Source: Paraburkholderia sp. (GTDB taxonomy: Bacteria; Pseudomonadota; Gammaproteobacteria; Burkholderiales; Burkholderiaceae). Taken from it: a stretch of DNA of 64,000 nt. Below are positions 9,567-20,357 of this stretch, piece after piece (within the stretch, counting starts at the first letter, position 1; each line of letters begins with the position of its first letter). The notes below the pieces were generated by a model that saw only the letters and a list, made by a program, of their open reading frames with translations, was not told where the DNA came from and did no database searches. The stretch covers positions 5,128 through 69,127 of the forward strand of contig NZ_DASXHN010000349.1 of NCBI RefSeq assembly GCF_036488505.1. Reading direction: 5' to 3'. Made by a program: the position numbers and the translations under genes.

Positions 9567-11354
9567 ATGAACGCTCGCGAACCCGCTTTCGTTGCCGCAT
9601 CCCGTAGCGCGCGTCTGCGCCAGATGCTCGTCAGTAACGAACTCGAATTCATGATGGAGGCCCATAACGGTTTGTCCGCGCGAATCGTTCGCGAAGCCCG
9701 CTTTAAAGCAATCTGGGGCTCGGGCCTTGCGATCTCCGCGCAATTCGGCGTGCGCGACAATAACGAAGCAAGCTGGACCCAGGTCGTCGACACGCTCGAA
9801 TTCATGGCGGACGCGAGCGATCTGCCGATCCTGCTCGACGGCGACACCGGTTACGGCAACTTCAACAACGTGCGCCGTCTGGTGCGCAAGCTCGAGCAAC
9901 GCGGCATCGCTGGCGTATGCATCGAAGACAAGCAGTTTCCGAAGACCAACAGCTTTATCAACGGCGAGGCGCAGCCGCTCGCCGATATCGACGAATTCTG
10001 CGGCAAGATCGAGGCCGGCAAGGACTAGCAGACCGACGAGCATTTCTCGATCGTCGCGCGCGTCGAGGCGCTGATCGCCGGTTGGGGGATGGAGGAGGCG
10101 CTGCGCCGCGCGGAAGCATACCGCCGGGCCGGAGCCGACGCGATCCTGATCCACAGCAAGTTGTCGCGTCCCGACGAAATTCTCGAATTCGCACGCGAAT
10201 GGGCCGGCCGCGGGCCGCTCGTGATCGTGCCGACCAAGTACTACAGCACGCCGACCGAGGTGTTCCGCGAAGCGGGCATCAGCACGGTGATCTGGGCGAA
10301 CCATCTGATTCGCGCGGCGACCTCCGCGATGCAGGCCGTCGCGAAGGAAATCCATTCGAGCGAAACGCTCGTCAACGTCGAAGACAGCATTGCCGGGGTC
10401 AACGAGATCTTCCGCTTGCAGGACGCCGACGAATATTCGGAAGCGGAAGACCGCTATCTGTCGAGCGCTCGCGCGGCCGGCTCGGCGGTCGTGCTGGCCG
10501 CGAGCCGCGGCAAGGGGCTCGAAGCCGTCACCGAAGACCGTCCGAAGGTGATGCTGCCGATCGCCGGCAAGCCGCTGCTGCGCTGGCTCGTCGATGCGTT
10601 CAAGAAGCAGGGCGTCAACGACATCACGGTGGTCGGCGGCTATCGCGCCGATGCAATCGATACCGCGGGGATTCGCGTCGTCGTCAACGAGCGGCATGCG
10701 CAAACCGGCGAGCTTGCATCGCTCGCGTGCGCCGTCGACAAGCTCGCCGGCGATACCGTGATCTCATACGGCGATCTGCTGTTCCGCAGCTATATCCTGC
10801 GCGACCTGGTGGAAAGCGAGGCCGCGTTCAGCGTGGTCGTCGATTCGTCGTTGACCGACGCGGAAAACGCCAGCGTGCGCGATTTCGCGTGGTGCTCGGC
10901 CGCTGATGATCGCGGTCTGTTCGGCAGCAAGGTGATGCTGCGTCACGTCGCGAGCGGGCAGCATGCGTCGTCGGCGGCGCTTGCGGCGCAGGCGCCGCAC
11001 GGCCGCTGGGTGGGGCTGCTGAAGGTGCGCGGCGAAGGCCGCGAACGCTTGCAGGCGGTGATGCGCGAATTGCAGGCACGCGACGATTTCGCGTCGCTCG
11101 ATATGCCCGCGCTGCTCAACGCGCTGATCGAAGCCGGCGAGTCGATCGAGGTGCAATACGTGCACGGCCACTGGCGCGGCGTCAACGATCTGGACGACTT
11201 CCGCCGCGCGGGCGACTTCGCGCATGCGCAGGCCCCGTTCGCCGGCGCGCTCGGCGATGTGACAACCGCAGCGACGACTGCGGCGACGACTGTGGCGACA
11301 ACCGCAGTGGCAACCGCGGCGAAGAACAACGCGGCAAGCGGAGGCGCGCAATGA
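9567..11354 (+). pseudogene. aepX: Phosphoenolpyruvate mutase fused to a C-terminal NTP-transferase domain, interrupted by an in-frame TAG at 10026-10028
   Basis: PepM signature [10 protein letters not shown] and LLDGDTGYG. The track ORFs 9540-10028 and 10089-11354 are in the same frame and join as [28 protein letters not shown]. The C-terminal AVVLAASRG...RPKVML is a nucleotidyltransferase motif. Confidence 0.9.
11261..11320 (+). repeat. Five degenerate 12-bp units encoding the Thr/Ala tail of AepX
   Basis: acaaccgcagcg acgactgcggcg acgactgtggcg acaaccgcagtg gcaaccgcggcg ([20 protein letters not shown]). Confidence 0.65.
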
Positions 11355-12514
11355 TCGAAGCCGCGCAATTCGTCGAAGCGGCGCGCGAGCGCGGTTTCGA
11401 CTGGTATGCGGGCGTGCCGTGTTCGTATCTGACGCCGTTCATCAACTATGTCCTGCAAGACGAATCGCTGCATTACGTGTCGGCGGCCAACGAAGGCGAC
11501 GCGGTCGCGCTGATCGCGGGCGTCGCGCTCGGCGCGAAGAACGGCCGGCGCGGCATCACGATGATGCAGAACTCGGGGCTTGGCAACGCGGTGAGTCCGT
11601 TGACGTCGCTCACGTGGACTTTCCGTTTGCCGCAACTGCTGATCGTCACGTGGCGTGGGCAGCCGGGCGTCGCCGACGAGCCGCAGCACGCACTGATGGG
11701 CCCGATCACGCCGGCGATGCTCGATACGATGGAGATTCCGTGGGAGACCTTCCCGACCGAGGCCGACGCGATCGGCGCGGCGCTCGATCGCGCGATCGCG
11801 CATATGGACGCAACCGGCCGGCCTTACGCGCTGGTGATGCACAAGGGCAGCGTCGCGCCCTATGAGTTGAAGGACGTCGGCGCGCCCGCGCAGCGCCCGC
11901 ACGTTGCGGCGCACGTGCAGTTGCGCGGCGTGGCGGCGAACGAACTGGCGACGCGCCACGACGCGCTGCGAAAGGTGATCGCGCACACGCCGCTTGATTC
12001 GACCGTGGTGCTCGCATCGACCGGTTTCTGCGGTCGCGAGCTGTACGCGATCGACGATCGCGCGAACCAGCTATACATGGTGGGCTCGATGGGCTGCGTG
12101 ACACCGTTCGCGCTCGGCCTTGCGCTCGCGCGTCCGGATCTGCAGGTGGTTGCGCTCGACGGCGACGGCGCGGCGCTGATGCGCATGGGCGTGTTCGCGA
12201 CGCTCGGCGCGTACGGTCCGTCGAACCTCACGCACCTGCTGCTCGATAACGGCGCGCATGACTCGACGGGCGGCCAGGCGACGGTGTCGCCGCAGGTGTC
12301 GTTTGCGGGTGTGGCGGCGGCGTGCGGCTACGCGTCGGCGGTGGAGAGCGACGACCCGGCCGTGATCGACGAGTTGTTCGCCGCGCCGCCGCTCGACGGC
12401 CCGCGCTTCGCGCGCGTGGCAATCCGCCGAGGCACGCCCGATGGCCTGCCGCGCCCGACCATCACGCCGCCCGATGTGAAGACGCGGCTGATGCGCCACA
12501 TCGGCGCGGGCTGA
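11351..12514 (+). CDS. aepY: Phosphonopyruvate decarboxylase (TPP-dependent)
   Basis: [34 protein letters not shown] and DGDGA..M motifs; ATGA overlap with aepX. Confidence 0.95.
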   Translation: MIEAAQFVEAARERGFDWYAGVPCSYLTPFINYVLQDESLHYVSAANEGDAVALIAGVALGAKNGRRGITMMQNSGLGNAVSPLTSLTWTFRLPQLLIVTWRGQPGVADEPQHALMGPITPAMLDTMEIPWETFPTEADAIGAALDRAIAHMDATGRPYALVMHKGSVAPYELKDVGAPAQRPHVAAHVQLRGVAANELATRHDALRKVIAHTPLDSTVVLASTGFCGRELYAIDDRANQLYMVGSMGCVTPFALGLALARPDLQVVALDGDGAALMRMGVFATLGAYGPSNLTHLLLDNGAHDSTGGQATVSPQVSFAGVAAACGYASAVESDDPAVIDELFAAPPLDGPRFARVAIRRGTPDGLPRPTITPPDVKTRLMRHIGAG

Positions 12515-12548
12515 ACCCGATGCAACCCAACGCACGAAAGGAACACCG

Positions 12549-13616
12549 ATGCTGCTGCTCAACCCAGGCCCGGTAACACTCACCGAACGCGTCCGCAACA
12601 GCCTGTTGCAGACGGATCTGTGCCACCGCGAAAGCGAGTTTTTCGACTTGCAGGAAGAGGCGCGCACGCGTCTGGTCGACGTGTACGGGCTCGATCCGAA
12701 CGAATGGCAGGCGGTGCTGATGACCGGATCCGGCACGGCGGGGGTCGAAAGCATGACGGCCGCGCTGGTGCCGCAACACGGCAAGCTGCTGGTGATCGAA
12801 AACGGCGTGTACGGCGAGCGGATCGCGCAAATCGCGACGCAATACGGCATCGCGCATGAAGCGCTAAAGCACGACTGGATGGCCGCGCCCGATCTGGCGC
12901 TGATCGCCGACCGCCTCGACGCGGACAAGTCGTTCACGCACGTCGCGGTGATCCATCACGAAACGACCACAGGGCGTTTGAACGATATCGCGGCGCTTGG
13001 CGCGCTCTGTCGCGAGCGCGGTCTGCGTCTGCTGGTCGATGGGGTCAGCAGCTTCGGCGCGGAGCCGATCGATTTCGCCGATGCAAGTCTCGATGCGGTC
13101 GCCGCGACCGCGAACAAGTGCCTGCACGGCGTGCCGGGCGCATCGTTCGTGCTGGTGCGGCGCACGGCGCTCGCGCAGGCGGCGAGCCGCACGTATTACC
13201 TCGATCTCGGGCGCCTCGCGCGTTTGCAGGACCAGCGCAACACGCCGTTTACGCCGTCCGTGCATGCGTATTACGCGCTCGTCGAAGCGTTGCGCGAACT
13301 CGCCGACGAAGGCGGCTGGCGCGCGCGTCACGCGCGTTATGCGGCGCTGGCCGAACAGGCGCGCGCGGGGCTTGCCGCGCGCGGCGTCGCCGGCGTGCTG
13401 CCGGCGCAGCAGTCGTCGGTGGTGTTGCGTGCGTACCGGCTGCCCGCGGGCATCGCGTACGCGCAACTGCACGACGAACTGAAGGCGCGCGGCTTCGTGA
13501 TCTATGCGGGGCAGGGTGGTCTGTCGGCGGAGCTGTTCCGCATTTCGACGATGGGCAACATTCATGCGGCCGATATCGACCGTCTGCTGCAGGGCTTTGA
13601 CGAGTTGATGCGCTGA
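12549..13616 (+). CDS. aepZ: 2-aminoethylphosphonate aminotransferase (PLP, class V; PhnW-like)
   Basis: LLNPGP, MTGSGT, HHETTTG, DGVSSFG, ANKCLHGVPG and FTP motifs; context with aepX and aepY. Confidence 0.92.
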   Translation: MLLLNPGPVTLTERVRNSLLQTDLCHRESEFFDLQEEARTRLVDVYGLDPNEWQAVLMTGSGTAGVESMTAALVPQHGKLLVIENGVYGERIAQIATQYGIAHEALKHDWMAAPDLALIADRLDADKSFTHVAVIHHETTTGRLNDIAALGALCRERGLRLLVDGVSSFGAEPIDFADASLDAVAATANKCLHGVPGASFVLVRRTALAQAASRTYYLDLGRLARLQDQRNTPFTPSVHAYYALVEALRELADEGGWRARHARYAALAEQARAGLAARGVAGVLPAQQSSVVLRAYRLPAGIAYAQLHDELKARGFVIYAGQGGLSAELFRISTMGNIHAADIDRLLQGFDELMR

Positions 13617-13781
13617 GCGCCCCGCTGCGCGGGCGCGGCGGTTAGCGCCGGTGGTTGTGCCGGGTGTTGGTCCGGCCGGCGATGACAGCATTCAGGCGGC
13701 CCGCGTCGCGCGCGTCCGGGAACGAATATGTGGGCGAACGGATGCAACCCGTCGCCGACGTGGCTCACATCCCCGCACCGC

Positions 13782-13934
13782 TCACACCGGATCTTTGTCC
13801 GGCGGCCCGTCGGGCCGCTGCGGTTCCTCGACATGATGGCCGGGCGACGGCGGCACGAGCGGGTCGGCTTCCGGATCGCGGTTCGGGTCGGCGTTCGGAT
13901 CGGGAATCGGGCTGGTGTGCATGTCGTAGCTCAT
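13782..13934 (-). CDS. Small Pro/Asp-rich protein (50 aa)
   Basis: Below the ORF-track cutoff. MSYDMHTSPIPDPNADPNRDPEADPLVPPSPGHHVEEPQRPDGPPDKDPV*, with an AAAGGA RBS and GC3-rich codons. Confidence 0.6.
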   Translation of the reverse strand: MSYDMHTSPIPDPNADPNRDPEADPLVPPSPGHHVEEPQRPDGPPDKDPV

Positions 13935-14094
13935 TGCGGTTCCTTTGCGGTTGAAAAGCGCGGGTCCGGCGAGTGCCGCCGATTTTTGCCTGCTTCTGCT
14001 GTTTCGGCTGTTGCCGCTGCTTCAGGCTACTCAACTCCATTGCCGCGCCGGCCGTTTTGCTTCTAGCGTAGGCGTTCGCCGCGCTTCCTGCTTC

Positions 14095-14802
14095 CTACTT
14101 TTTCGTGCCACGGCGGCCGACGCTCAACTGCCAGTAACGCTCGATTGCGAACACGTCGTCGTAATTGCCGGCGCCGAACGCGCGCAACTGGCTTGCATAC
14201 GCGTTGACCGCCTCGCGCTTGATCTGCGCGCGACGCTGCACGTCGATCGTATGGCCGGCGTCCGGCGTCGCCGGCGTCGCGACGATACCGCGCTGCGCGA
14301 GATCGGCGAGGCGCGCCTGCACCGCGCCCGGCGTGCGCCGGTGAATCGCTTCCTCGTAGCCGAACCAGTCGAGATGGGCGAGCCGCGGCAGGATTTCGCA
14401 GCACGCTTCGAATACGCGCGCGTGGTCGTCGTGGTGCAGGCCGAGCGGCATCAGCAGCGTGTTTGCGGTCGAGCGGTAGATCGTTTCCTCCAGCGCGGCC
14501 GCCATCTGGCTGATCGACGGCGAATCGGCGTACTGGCTGTCGCGAAACGGCATACGCAGCGGAATAGCGTCGAGCATTTCGAGCGCGCGATCGTCTTCGA
14601 GCGTGCGTTCATGGACCGCGTCGTGCGCGTTCGCGAAGCCCGATTTTTCGTCCCACTCGGTGCGCATCCGGTGCTCGGGCGGCGCGGCGAAGACAGTGCA
14701 GACGGCCGCGTCGGGGTGCGCGGCGAGCAACGCGCCGCAACTGAAGACGGCGTCGTCGAAGTGCGGGGAGACGATGAACAGGCGTGGGCTGGTTTCGCTC
14801 AT
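14095..14802 (-). CDS. PIG-L/LmbE family deacetylase
   Basis: VSPHFDDA..SCG, ER..ED and HHDDH motifs. Confidence 0.85.
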   Translation of the reverse strand: MSETSPRLFIVSPHFDDAVFSCGALLAAHPDAAVCTVFAAPPEHRMRTEWDEKSGFANAHDAVHERTLEDDRALEMLDAIPLRMPFRDSQYADSPSISQMAAALEETIYRSTANTLLMPLGLHHDDHARVFEACCEILPRLAHLDWFGYEEAIHRRTPGAVQARLADLAQRGIVATPATPDAGHTIDVQRRAQIKREAVNAYASQLRAFGAGNYDDVFAIERYWQLSVGRRGTKK

Positions 14803-15092
14803 GGGCGTGCGGGTACGGTTCGAGGCGCGGCGGGCGGAGCGTCGAGACGTCGGCTCGCGAAGCGCTGCCCGGCGCGGAAAAACGCGGCGTCGACACAGCT
14901 TAGGCGCAATCGCAGCGGCTTGCGCACGGTTGTAGAGCGTGCAATTGCTGTGCCCGCGGTGGCGGAAAAATGCGAATGCCGGTGCGTGGCAAAAGCCGGG
15001 TCGACCGGAATGCGCGTCGGGTCCTGCCAAAAATCGTTGGACATACCGATGCCCGTAAAGCCCGCCGCGGATGCAGGCGCGAGCCGTGGCCG

Positions 15093-15680
15093 TTAAATCC
15101 GCTGCAAGTCGTCCGGCGTATCGACGTCGCGCAGAATGCCGGGATCGTCGATGTCGATGCGCGTCAGCGGTTGCGTCTGCAGCAGGCTTTTCGCGCCACT
15201 GTCGCCGTCGAGCCCGAGCAGCGCATCGCGGTGCTGCGCGCCGAAACCCACCGGATGGCCGCGCTGCCCCTGGTAGAACGGTGCGACGAGCGGGGCGCCG
15301 CCGTCGAGCGCGCGGGCCACCGCTTCGACCGTCGCGATTTCGATGCGCGGCATGTCGGCGAGCGCGACGATCCAGCCTTCCGCGTCCTCGCTTGCCTCGA
15401 TCCCCGCGGCGAGGCTTGCGCCCATCCCGCGCTCGGCGCTCGCCGCGAACACGACGTCACAGCCGGCATCGTTGAGCACGCGGGCCAACGCATCGGAGCC
15501 TGGCCGCACCACGGCGAGTACCCGCGTGACGACTCGCAGCAGCCGATGCGCGGCTTCATGCGCGACCGGCATGCCGTCGGGCAGGCGCGCGAGAAGCTTG
15601 TTGTGCAGACCAGACGGATCGAAGCGCGAACCGAACCCGGCGGCGAGCAACACGCCGGTGGCGAGCGAGGCATAGGCCAT
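15093..15680 (-). CDS. MocA/MobA-like nucleotidyltransferase (probable Moco cytidylyltransferase)
   Basis: LLAAGFGSRF..NKLL, GMGASL, ALADMP, RGHPV and DVDTPDD motifs; downstream of paoABC. Confidence 0.88.
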   Translation of the reverse strand: MAYASLATGVLLAAGFGSRFDPSGLHNKLLARLPDGMPVAHEAAHRLLRVVTRVLAVVRPGSDALARVLNDAGCDVVFAASAERGMGASLAAGIEASEDAEGWIVALADMPRIEIATVEAVARALDGGAPLVAPFYQGQRGHPVGFGAQHRDALLGLDGDSGAKSLLQTQPLTRIDIDDPGILRDVDTPDDLQRI

Positions 15681-15832
15681 CGGCGGATACCGGAAGGAGG
15701 GAATGGCACCGATTGTGCGATGCAACGCGGTGAGAGGCAAGCGCGAATGCAAGCGCTCGCGTTACGGCCGCACGCCGGCGCAGCCGCTCACCGGTTCCCT
15801 CGTCGCGCGAACCCGCGACCGCCTCCCACACG

Positions 15833-18055
15833 TCACACCGGCACCGGGCCCATCACCTTATCGAGCGTGATCGGCAGATCCCGCACCCGCACCCCGGTGG
15901 CGTGATACACCGCATTGGCAATCGCCGCCGGCACGCCGGTAATGCCGATCTCGCCGATGCCGCGCACGCCGAGCGAGTTGATATACGGATCGGGCCGACC
16001 GATGAACGTGATGTCGAGCGTATCGATATCGGCGTTCACCGGCACGTGATACTCGGCGAGGTTCGCATTCGTGAAGCGTCCGTAGCGCGTATCGAGCGTA
16101 CTTTCCTCCTGCAGCGCCGCACCGATGCCCCACACGATGCCGCCCAACATCTGGCTGTGCGCGGTCTTCTCGTTGAGTACACGCCCGACGTCGTAGACGG
16201 CCACCACGCGCGGCACGCGGATGGTGCCGAGTTCCGCATCGATGTGCACTTCGACGAAGACCGCGCCGAACGAATGGAACGAGTACTTCTGCTTCTCGTC
16301 GCCGGGCTTGACGGTCGAGGTCGCCTCGATCGGCTGGCCGCCCGCGCGCGCGATGACCGCCGCGGCCGGATCGCGTTTGCCCGGCTGTGCGCGGCTGACC
16401 ACCCAGCCGTTAGCGACGGTGACGTCGTCGAGCGGCAGCCCATGCACCGGCGACGCCGGATCGGCCAACGCGAGTGCGATCAACTGGCTGCGCGCCTGGC
16501 TCGCCGCGTCGCGCACCGCCGGCGACACGCTCGCCGCCGATTGCGAGCCGCCCGATCCTGGCGCGCGCGGCAACGTCGAATCGCCGAGCGCGAAGTGAAT
16601 GTTCTCCGGCGCGAAGCCGAGCGCATCGGCGGCGACCTGGGTCATCACGGTATAGGTGCCCGTGCCGATGTCCTGGGTGCCCGAGGCGACCATCGCGGTG
16701 CCGTCGGGCAGTATCCGTGCAATCGCGGATGCCTCGCTGCGATTCGCCGGATAGGTCGCGGTCGCCATGCCCATGCCGATCAGCGTGTTGCCGTCGCGCA
16801 TCGAGCGCGGCGCGGCCGGACGGCGCGACCAGCCGAATTTCTCGGCGCCGATCTGGTAACACTCGCGCAGCGACTTGCCCGACCACGGCTTGTTTTCCTG
16901 CGGATCGCTTTCAGCATAGTTCCTGATGCGCAGCGCGAGCGGATCCATCTTCAACGCGACCGCGAGTTCGTCCATCGCCGATTCGAGCGCGAACGAGCCG
17001 GTGGTTTCGCCCGGCGCGCGCATAAAGGTCGGCGTGCCAAGGTTCAACTGCACGAGCCGGTGAGTGGTGATCTGATTCGGCACCGCGTACAGCATGCGCG
17101 TGACCATGCAACAGGTTTCGGTCCAATCCTCGATCGTCGACGTGTTCGAGATGCTGTCGTGGCGCATCGCGGTGAGCGTGCCGTCGCGCTTCGCGGCGAT
17201 CACGAAGCGCTGTTCGGTGCGCGGGCGCGCGCCGACCGGGCCGAACATCTGCGGGCGTTCGAGCGCGAGCCGCACCGGCCGTCCGGTTTGCCGCGCGGCC
17301 ATCGCGCACAGCGACACGTGCGACCACGACGAGCCCTTGCAGCCGAAGCCGCCGCCGATGAAAGGCGAGATCACGCGCACATCGGTCGGCGCAATGCCGA
17401 ACACTTTGGCGACCGCCTGCGCGTCGTTGGTCACGCCCTGCGTCGAATCGAACAGCGTGAGCTTCGGGCCGTCCCAGCGCGCCATCGTCGCGTGCGGCTC
17501 CATCGGGTTGTGATGCTCGATCGGCGTTGTATAGGTGACGTCGATATGCACCGCGCCGCTTTGCATGCCGTCCTCGAAACTGCCGCGCTGAGTGTCGGTC
17601 TGGCGGCCCTGCGGTTTCACCGGTGCATGCGCGTTCGGTTTCGCCGCCGCGAAATCGAGCGCCGCGTTAGCCGTCTGATAGACGATGCGTAACTGGTGCG
17701 CGGCATCCGTCGCGTGTTCGAGCGTATCGGCGACCACCACCGCGACCGGCTCGTTGTTGTAGTGCACCTCGTTGTCCTGCAGCAGCGACAGGCGGCGGCC
17801 CGCAGGCGGCGCAAGCGCTGGCCGGCCGCCGTTGGGCAGGCGCATCGCATTCTGGTAGGTCATCACGAGCAGCACGCCGGGCAGCGACTGCGCGCGGCTT
17901 GCATCGATCGACGCGATCGTGCCGCGCGCAATCGTGCTCGTCACGAGCACCGCATGCGCGAGACGCGCTTCGGGGAATTCGGCCGCATAGCGCGCATCGC
18001 CGGTCACTTTGAGCAGACCGTCGATGCGATCGATTGGCTGTCCGATCAGATTCAT
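15833..18055 (-). CDS. paoC: Xanthine-dehydrogenase-family molybdopterin subunit (PaoC/YagR-like)
   Basis: RIDG..KVTG.ARY, HNPMEPH, IGGGFGCK, MRAPG and GIGEIG motifs. Confidence 0.92.
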   Translation of the reverse strand: MNLIGQPIDRIDGLLKVTGDARYAAEFPEARLAHAVLVTSTIARGTIASIDASRAQSLPGVLLVMTYQNAMRLPNGGRPALAPPAGRRLSLLQDNEVHYNNEPVAVVVADTLEHATDAAHQLRIVYQTANAALDFAAAKPNAHAPVKPQGRQTDTQRGSFEDGMQSGAVHIDVTYTTPIEHHNPMEPHATMARWDGPKLTLFDSTQGVTNDAQAVAKVFGIAPTDVRVISPFIGGGFGCKGSSWSHVSLCAMAARQTGRPVRLALERPQMFGPVGARPRTEQRFVIAAKRDGTLTAMRHDSISNTSTIEDWTETCCMVTRMLYAVPNQITTHRLVQLNLGTPTFMRAPGETTGSFALESAMDELAVALKMDPLALRIRNYAESDPQENKPWSGKSLRECYQIGAEKFGWSRRPAAPRSMRDGNTLIGMGMATATYPANRSEASAIARILPDGTAMVASGTQDIGTGTYTVMTQVAADALGFAPENIHFALGDSTLPRAPGSGGSQSAASVSPAVRDAASQARSQLIALALADPASPVHGLPLDDVTVANGWVVSRAQPGKRDPAAAVIARAGGQPIEATSTVKPGDEKQKYSFHSFGAVFVEVHIDAELGTIRVPRVVAVYDVGRVLNEKTAHSQMLGGIVWGIGAALQEESTLDTRYGRFTNANLAEYHVPVNADIDTLDITFIGRPDPYINSLGVRGIGEIGITGVPAAIANAVYHATGVRVRDLPITLDKVMGPVPV

Positions 18056-19053
18056 GCGATACCTCCCGCGTTACCGGCCGCCTGGTTGACCGCGCGCACG
18101 ATCGCGCGTTGCGCGAGCTGCACCTTGAAGCCGTTGTCGCGGCGCGGCTGGGCGCCCTCGAGTGCGGCTGCGGCGGCGTGCCGGAGCGTGGTCTGCGTGA
18201 GCGGCTGGCCCGCGAGCATCTGCTCGGCCGCGCTCGCGCGCCACGGTTTGTGCGCGACGCCGCCGAGCGCGATGCGCGCGGACTGCACGCGCTCGCCGTC
18301 CATCTGCAACGCGGCGGCCACCGACACCAGCGCGAACGCATAACTGGCGCGATCACGCACCTTCAGATAGTGCGAGTGCGCGCTGAAAAGCGGCGTCGGC
18401 AGATCGACCGCGGTAATCAGTTCGCCGGGCTGCAACGTGGTGTCGAGATCGGGCCGGTCGCCGGGCAGCCGATGGAACTCGGCGAACGCGATCGTGCGCT
18501 CGCCACTGGGGCCGTTCACGCGTACGGTCGCATCCAGCGCGGCGAGCGCGACGCTCATATCCGACGGATTGACCGCGATGCATTGGGCACTCGCGCCGAG
18601 GATCGCGTGCATGCGGTTATGGCCGTCCAGTGCCGCACAGCCGCTGCCTGGCATGCGCTTGTTGCATTGAGTAAAGGCGGTGTCGTAGAAGTAGCCGCAG
18701 CGGGTGCGTTGCAGCAGATTGCCGCCGACCGTCGCCATATTGCGCAACTGCGCGGACGCACCGGCGAGCAATGCCTGCGATAGCAACGGGTACTGTTCGC
18801 GCACCAGCGCGTGATTGGCCGCATCGCTGTTGCGCACCAGCGCGCCGATGCGGATGCCGCCGCCGGGCAACGCGGTGATCGAGTCCAGCCCGTCGATATG
18901 GGTGATGTCGATGAGCCGCACCGGCCGCGCGACGCCGCCCTTCATCAGATCGAGCAGATTGGTGCCGCCGCCGATAAATACCGCGCCCGGTTGCTGCGCG
19001 GCGCGCACGGCGCCTGCGACATCGCCGGCACGTTCGTAGGAGATCGCATCCAT
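18052..19053 (-). CDS. paoB: FAD-binding subunit (PaoB/YagS-like)
   Basis: GGGTNLLDLMK, ASAQLRNMATVGGN, the Cys insert RTRC.YF..CNKR..GC, and KVRDRASYAFA. Confidence 0.92.
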   Translation of the reverse strand: MDAISYERAGDVAGAVRAAQQPGAVFIGGGTNLLDLMKGGVARPVRLIDITHIDGLDSITALPGGGIRIGALVRNSDAANHALVREQYPLLSQALLAGASAQLRNMATVGGNLLQRTRCGYFYDTAFTQCNKRMPGSGCAALDGHNRMHAILGASAQCIAVNPSDMSVALAALDATVRVNGPSGERTIAFAEFHRLPGDRPDLDTTLQPGELITAVDLPTPLFSAHSHYLKVRDRASYAFALVSVAAALQMDGERVQSARIALGGVAHKPWRASAAEQMLAGQPLTQTTLRHAAAAALEGAQPRRDNGFKVQLAQRAIVRAVNQAAGNAGGIA

Positions 19054-19064
19054 GCCGGTCTCCG

Positions 19065-19772
19065 TTATGCGTTGCCGTGCGCGGCGCGCACCGCGGCAAC
19101 AATGTTCGCATAGGCACCGCAGCGGCACAGGTTGCCGCTCATGCGCTCGCGAATCTCGGCGTCGGATAGCGCGGCGGGACGTGCGCGCACGTCGGCGGTG
19201 ACGGTGCTCGCCGCGCCGTTGCTGAATTCGCTCAGCAGCGCCGTCGCGGAGCACAACTGCCCGGGCGTACAGTAGCCGCACTGAAACGCGTCGTGTTCGA
19301 TGAACGCGCGCTGCAACGGGCTCAATGCGCCGTCATCGGATGCGAGTCCTTCGACGGTCGTGATGTTCTCGCCTTCATGCATCACCGCGAGCGTCAGACA
19401 CGAGTTGATCCGGCGCCCCTCGACGAGCACCGTGCAGGCCCCGCACTGGCCGCGGTCGCAGCCTTTCTTCGTGCCCATCAGACCGGCGTATTCGCGCAAT
19501 GCGTCGAGTAGCGTCACGCGCGGTTCGAGCTGCAGCGCATAGGGGCGGCCGTTCACGTTGAGCGTGACCGGACGTGGCGGCACCGCTGGACTGGCCGGCG
19601 CGGGCGGCGCGGCTGGCGATTGCGTTTGCGCGCGCAGATGCGGGGCCGCGCCGATCGTCGCGGCGGCCGCCGCCGATTGAAGGAAGCGGCGGCGCGACGG
19701 ATGTGATAACTGCGAAGTGGGCTCTGGCGACGCTGCGTCGCCTGAATCCTGACATTCGGTATGCGTGGACAT
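19065..19772 (-). CDS. paoA: 2x[2Fe-2S] subunit with a Tat signal (PaoA/YagT-like)
   Basis: SRRRFLQ Tat motif; GCDRGQCGAC, QCGYCTPG and NLCRC motifs. Confidence 0.92.
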   Translation of the reverse strand: MSTHTECQDSGDAASPEPTSQLSHPSRRRFLQSAAAAATIGAAPHLRAQTQSPAAPPAPASPAVPPRPVTLNVNGRPYALQLEPRVTLLDALREYAGLMGTKKGCDRGQCGACTVLVEGRRINSCLTLAVMHEGENITTVEGLASDDGALSPLQRAFIEHDAFQCGYCTPGQLCSATALLSEFSNGAASTVTADVRARPAALSDAEIRERMSGNLCRCGAYANIVAAVRAAHGNA

Positions 19773-20099
19773 GACGTTCGGTTCACTCCATTGAAAGGTC
19801 AATGCAGGCTGACGACGCGTCGACGTCCAACGCATCGCGTAGAAACAAAACGCGCAAAGCAAAGCACAACACGCTCGGTGCCGGTGCAGGTAGAACGGTA
19901 TAAAAAAATCACGGTGAGAGCAAAGCCGATTCGCGCAATTAATGCACGCTAGTATTCGCAATGAACTCACGATCGACGGTCATGGGCCGGGTATGAGCGG
20001 TGCTATCGTCAGTCGCGATGGCCGCCGGAATCTCCGCTCGGCCACGGCTGATGCGGCGCTGATGCGTGACTGGATACGGCCAGGTTCACAGGAGAGCCC

Positions 20100-20318
20100 A
20101 TGCAATTCGACTACAAGCACTTCCATATCGATTGCCGCGCCCGTCACGCGGATGAGGGCGTCTACTACGCGCGCGCGAAGATCACCCGCGTGCCGCGGCG
20201 CAACGAAACATTCCAGTCTCACGAGTCGGGCGACATCGATTGCTTTGCGAATGAAGCCGATGCGATCTGCTGCGCGCGCTCGTGGGCGATCGAGTGGTGC
20301 GACGTCGCGGCGGGATAG
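20100..20318 (+). CDS. Small hypothetical protein (72 aa)
   Basis: CAGGAG RBS, coding-like composition, immediately upstream of xth. Confidence 0.7.
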   Translation: MQFDYKHFHIDCRARHADEGVYYARAKITRVPRRNETFQSHESGDIDCFANEADAICCARSWAIEWCDVAAG

Positions 20319-20357
20319 GTCTGCGCCGGTCCTGCCCGCTGTAGAGGAGAAACGATC

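Noticed and set aside
10026-10028. Amber recoding (pyrrolysine or TAG reassignment) to explain the in-frame TAGs at 10026 and 5083
   Set aside because: TAG ends ordinary genes in this window (4505, 20318, 37604), no pyl or suppressor tRNA genes are visible, and both TAGs are one substitution from the expected sense codon.
15902-17692. Long antisense or alternate-frame ORFs (also 26168-27577, 33616-35172, 50489-52693 and others)
   Set aside because: They are shadow frames of well-supported genes in high-GC DNA, Arg/Ala-rich, with no recognisable motifs.
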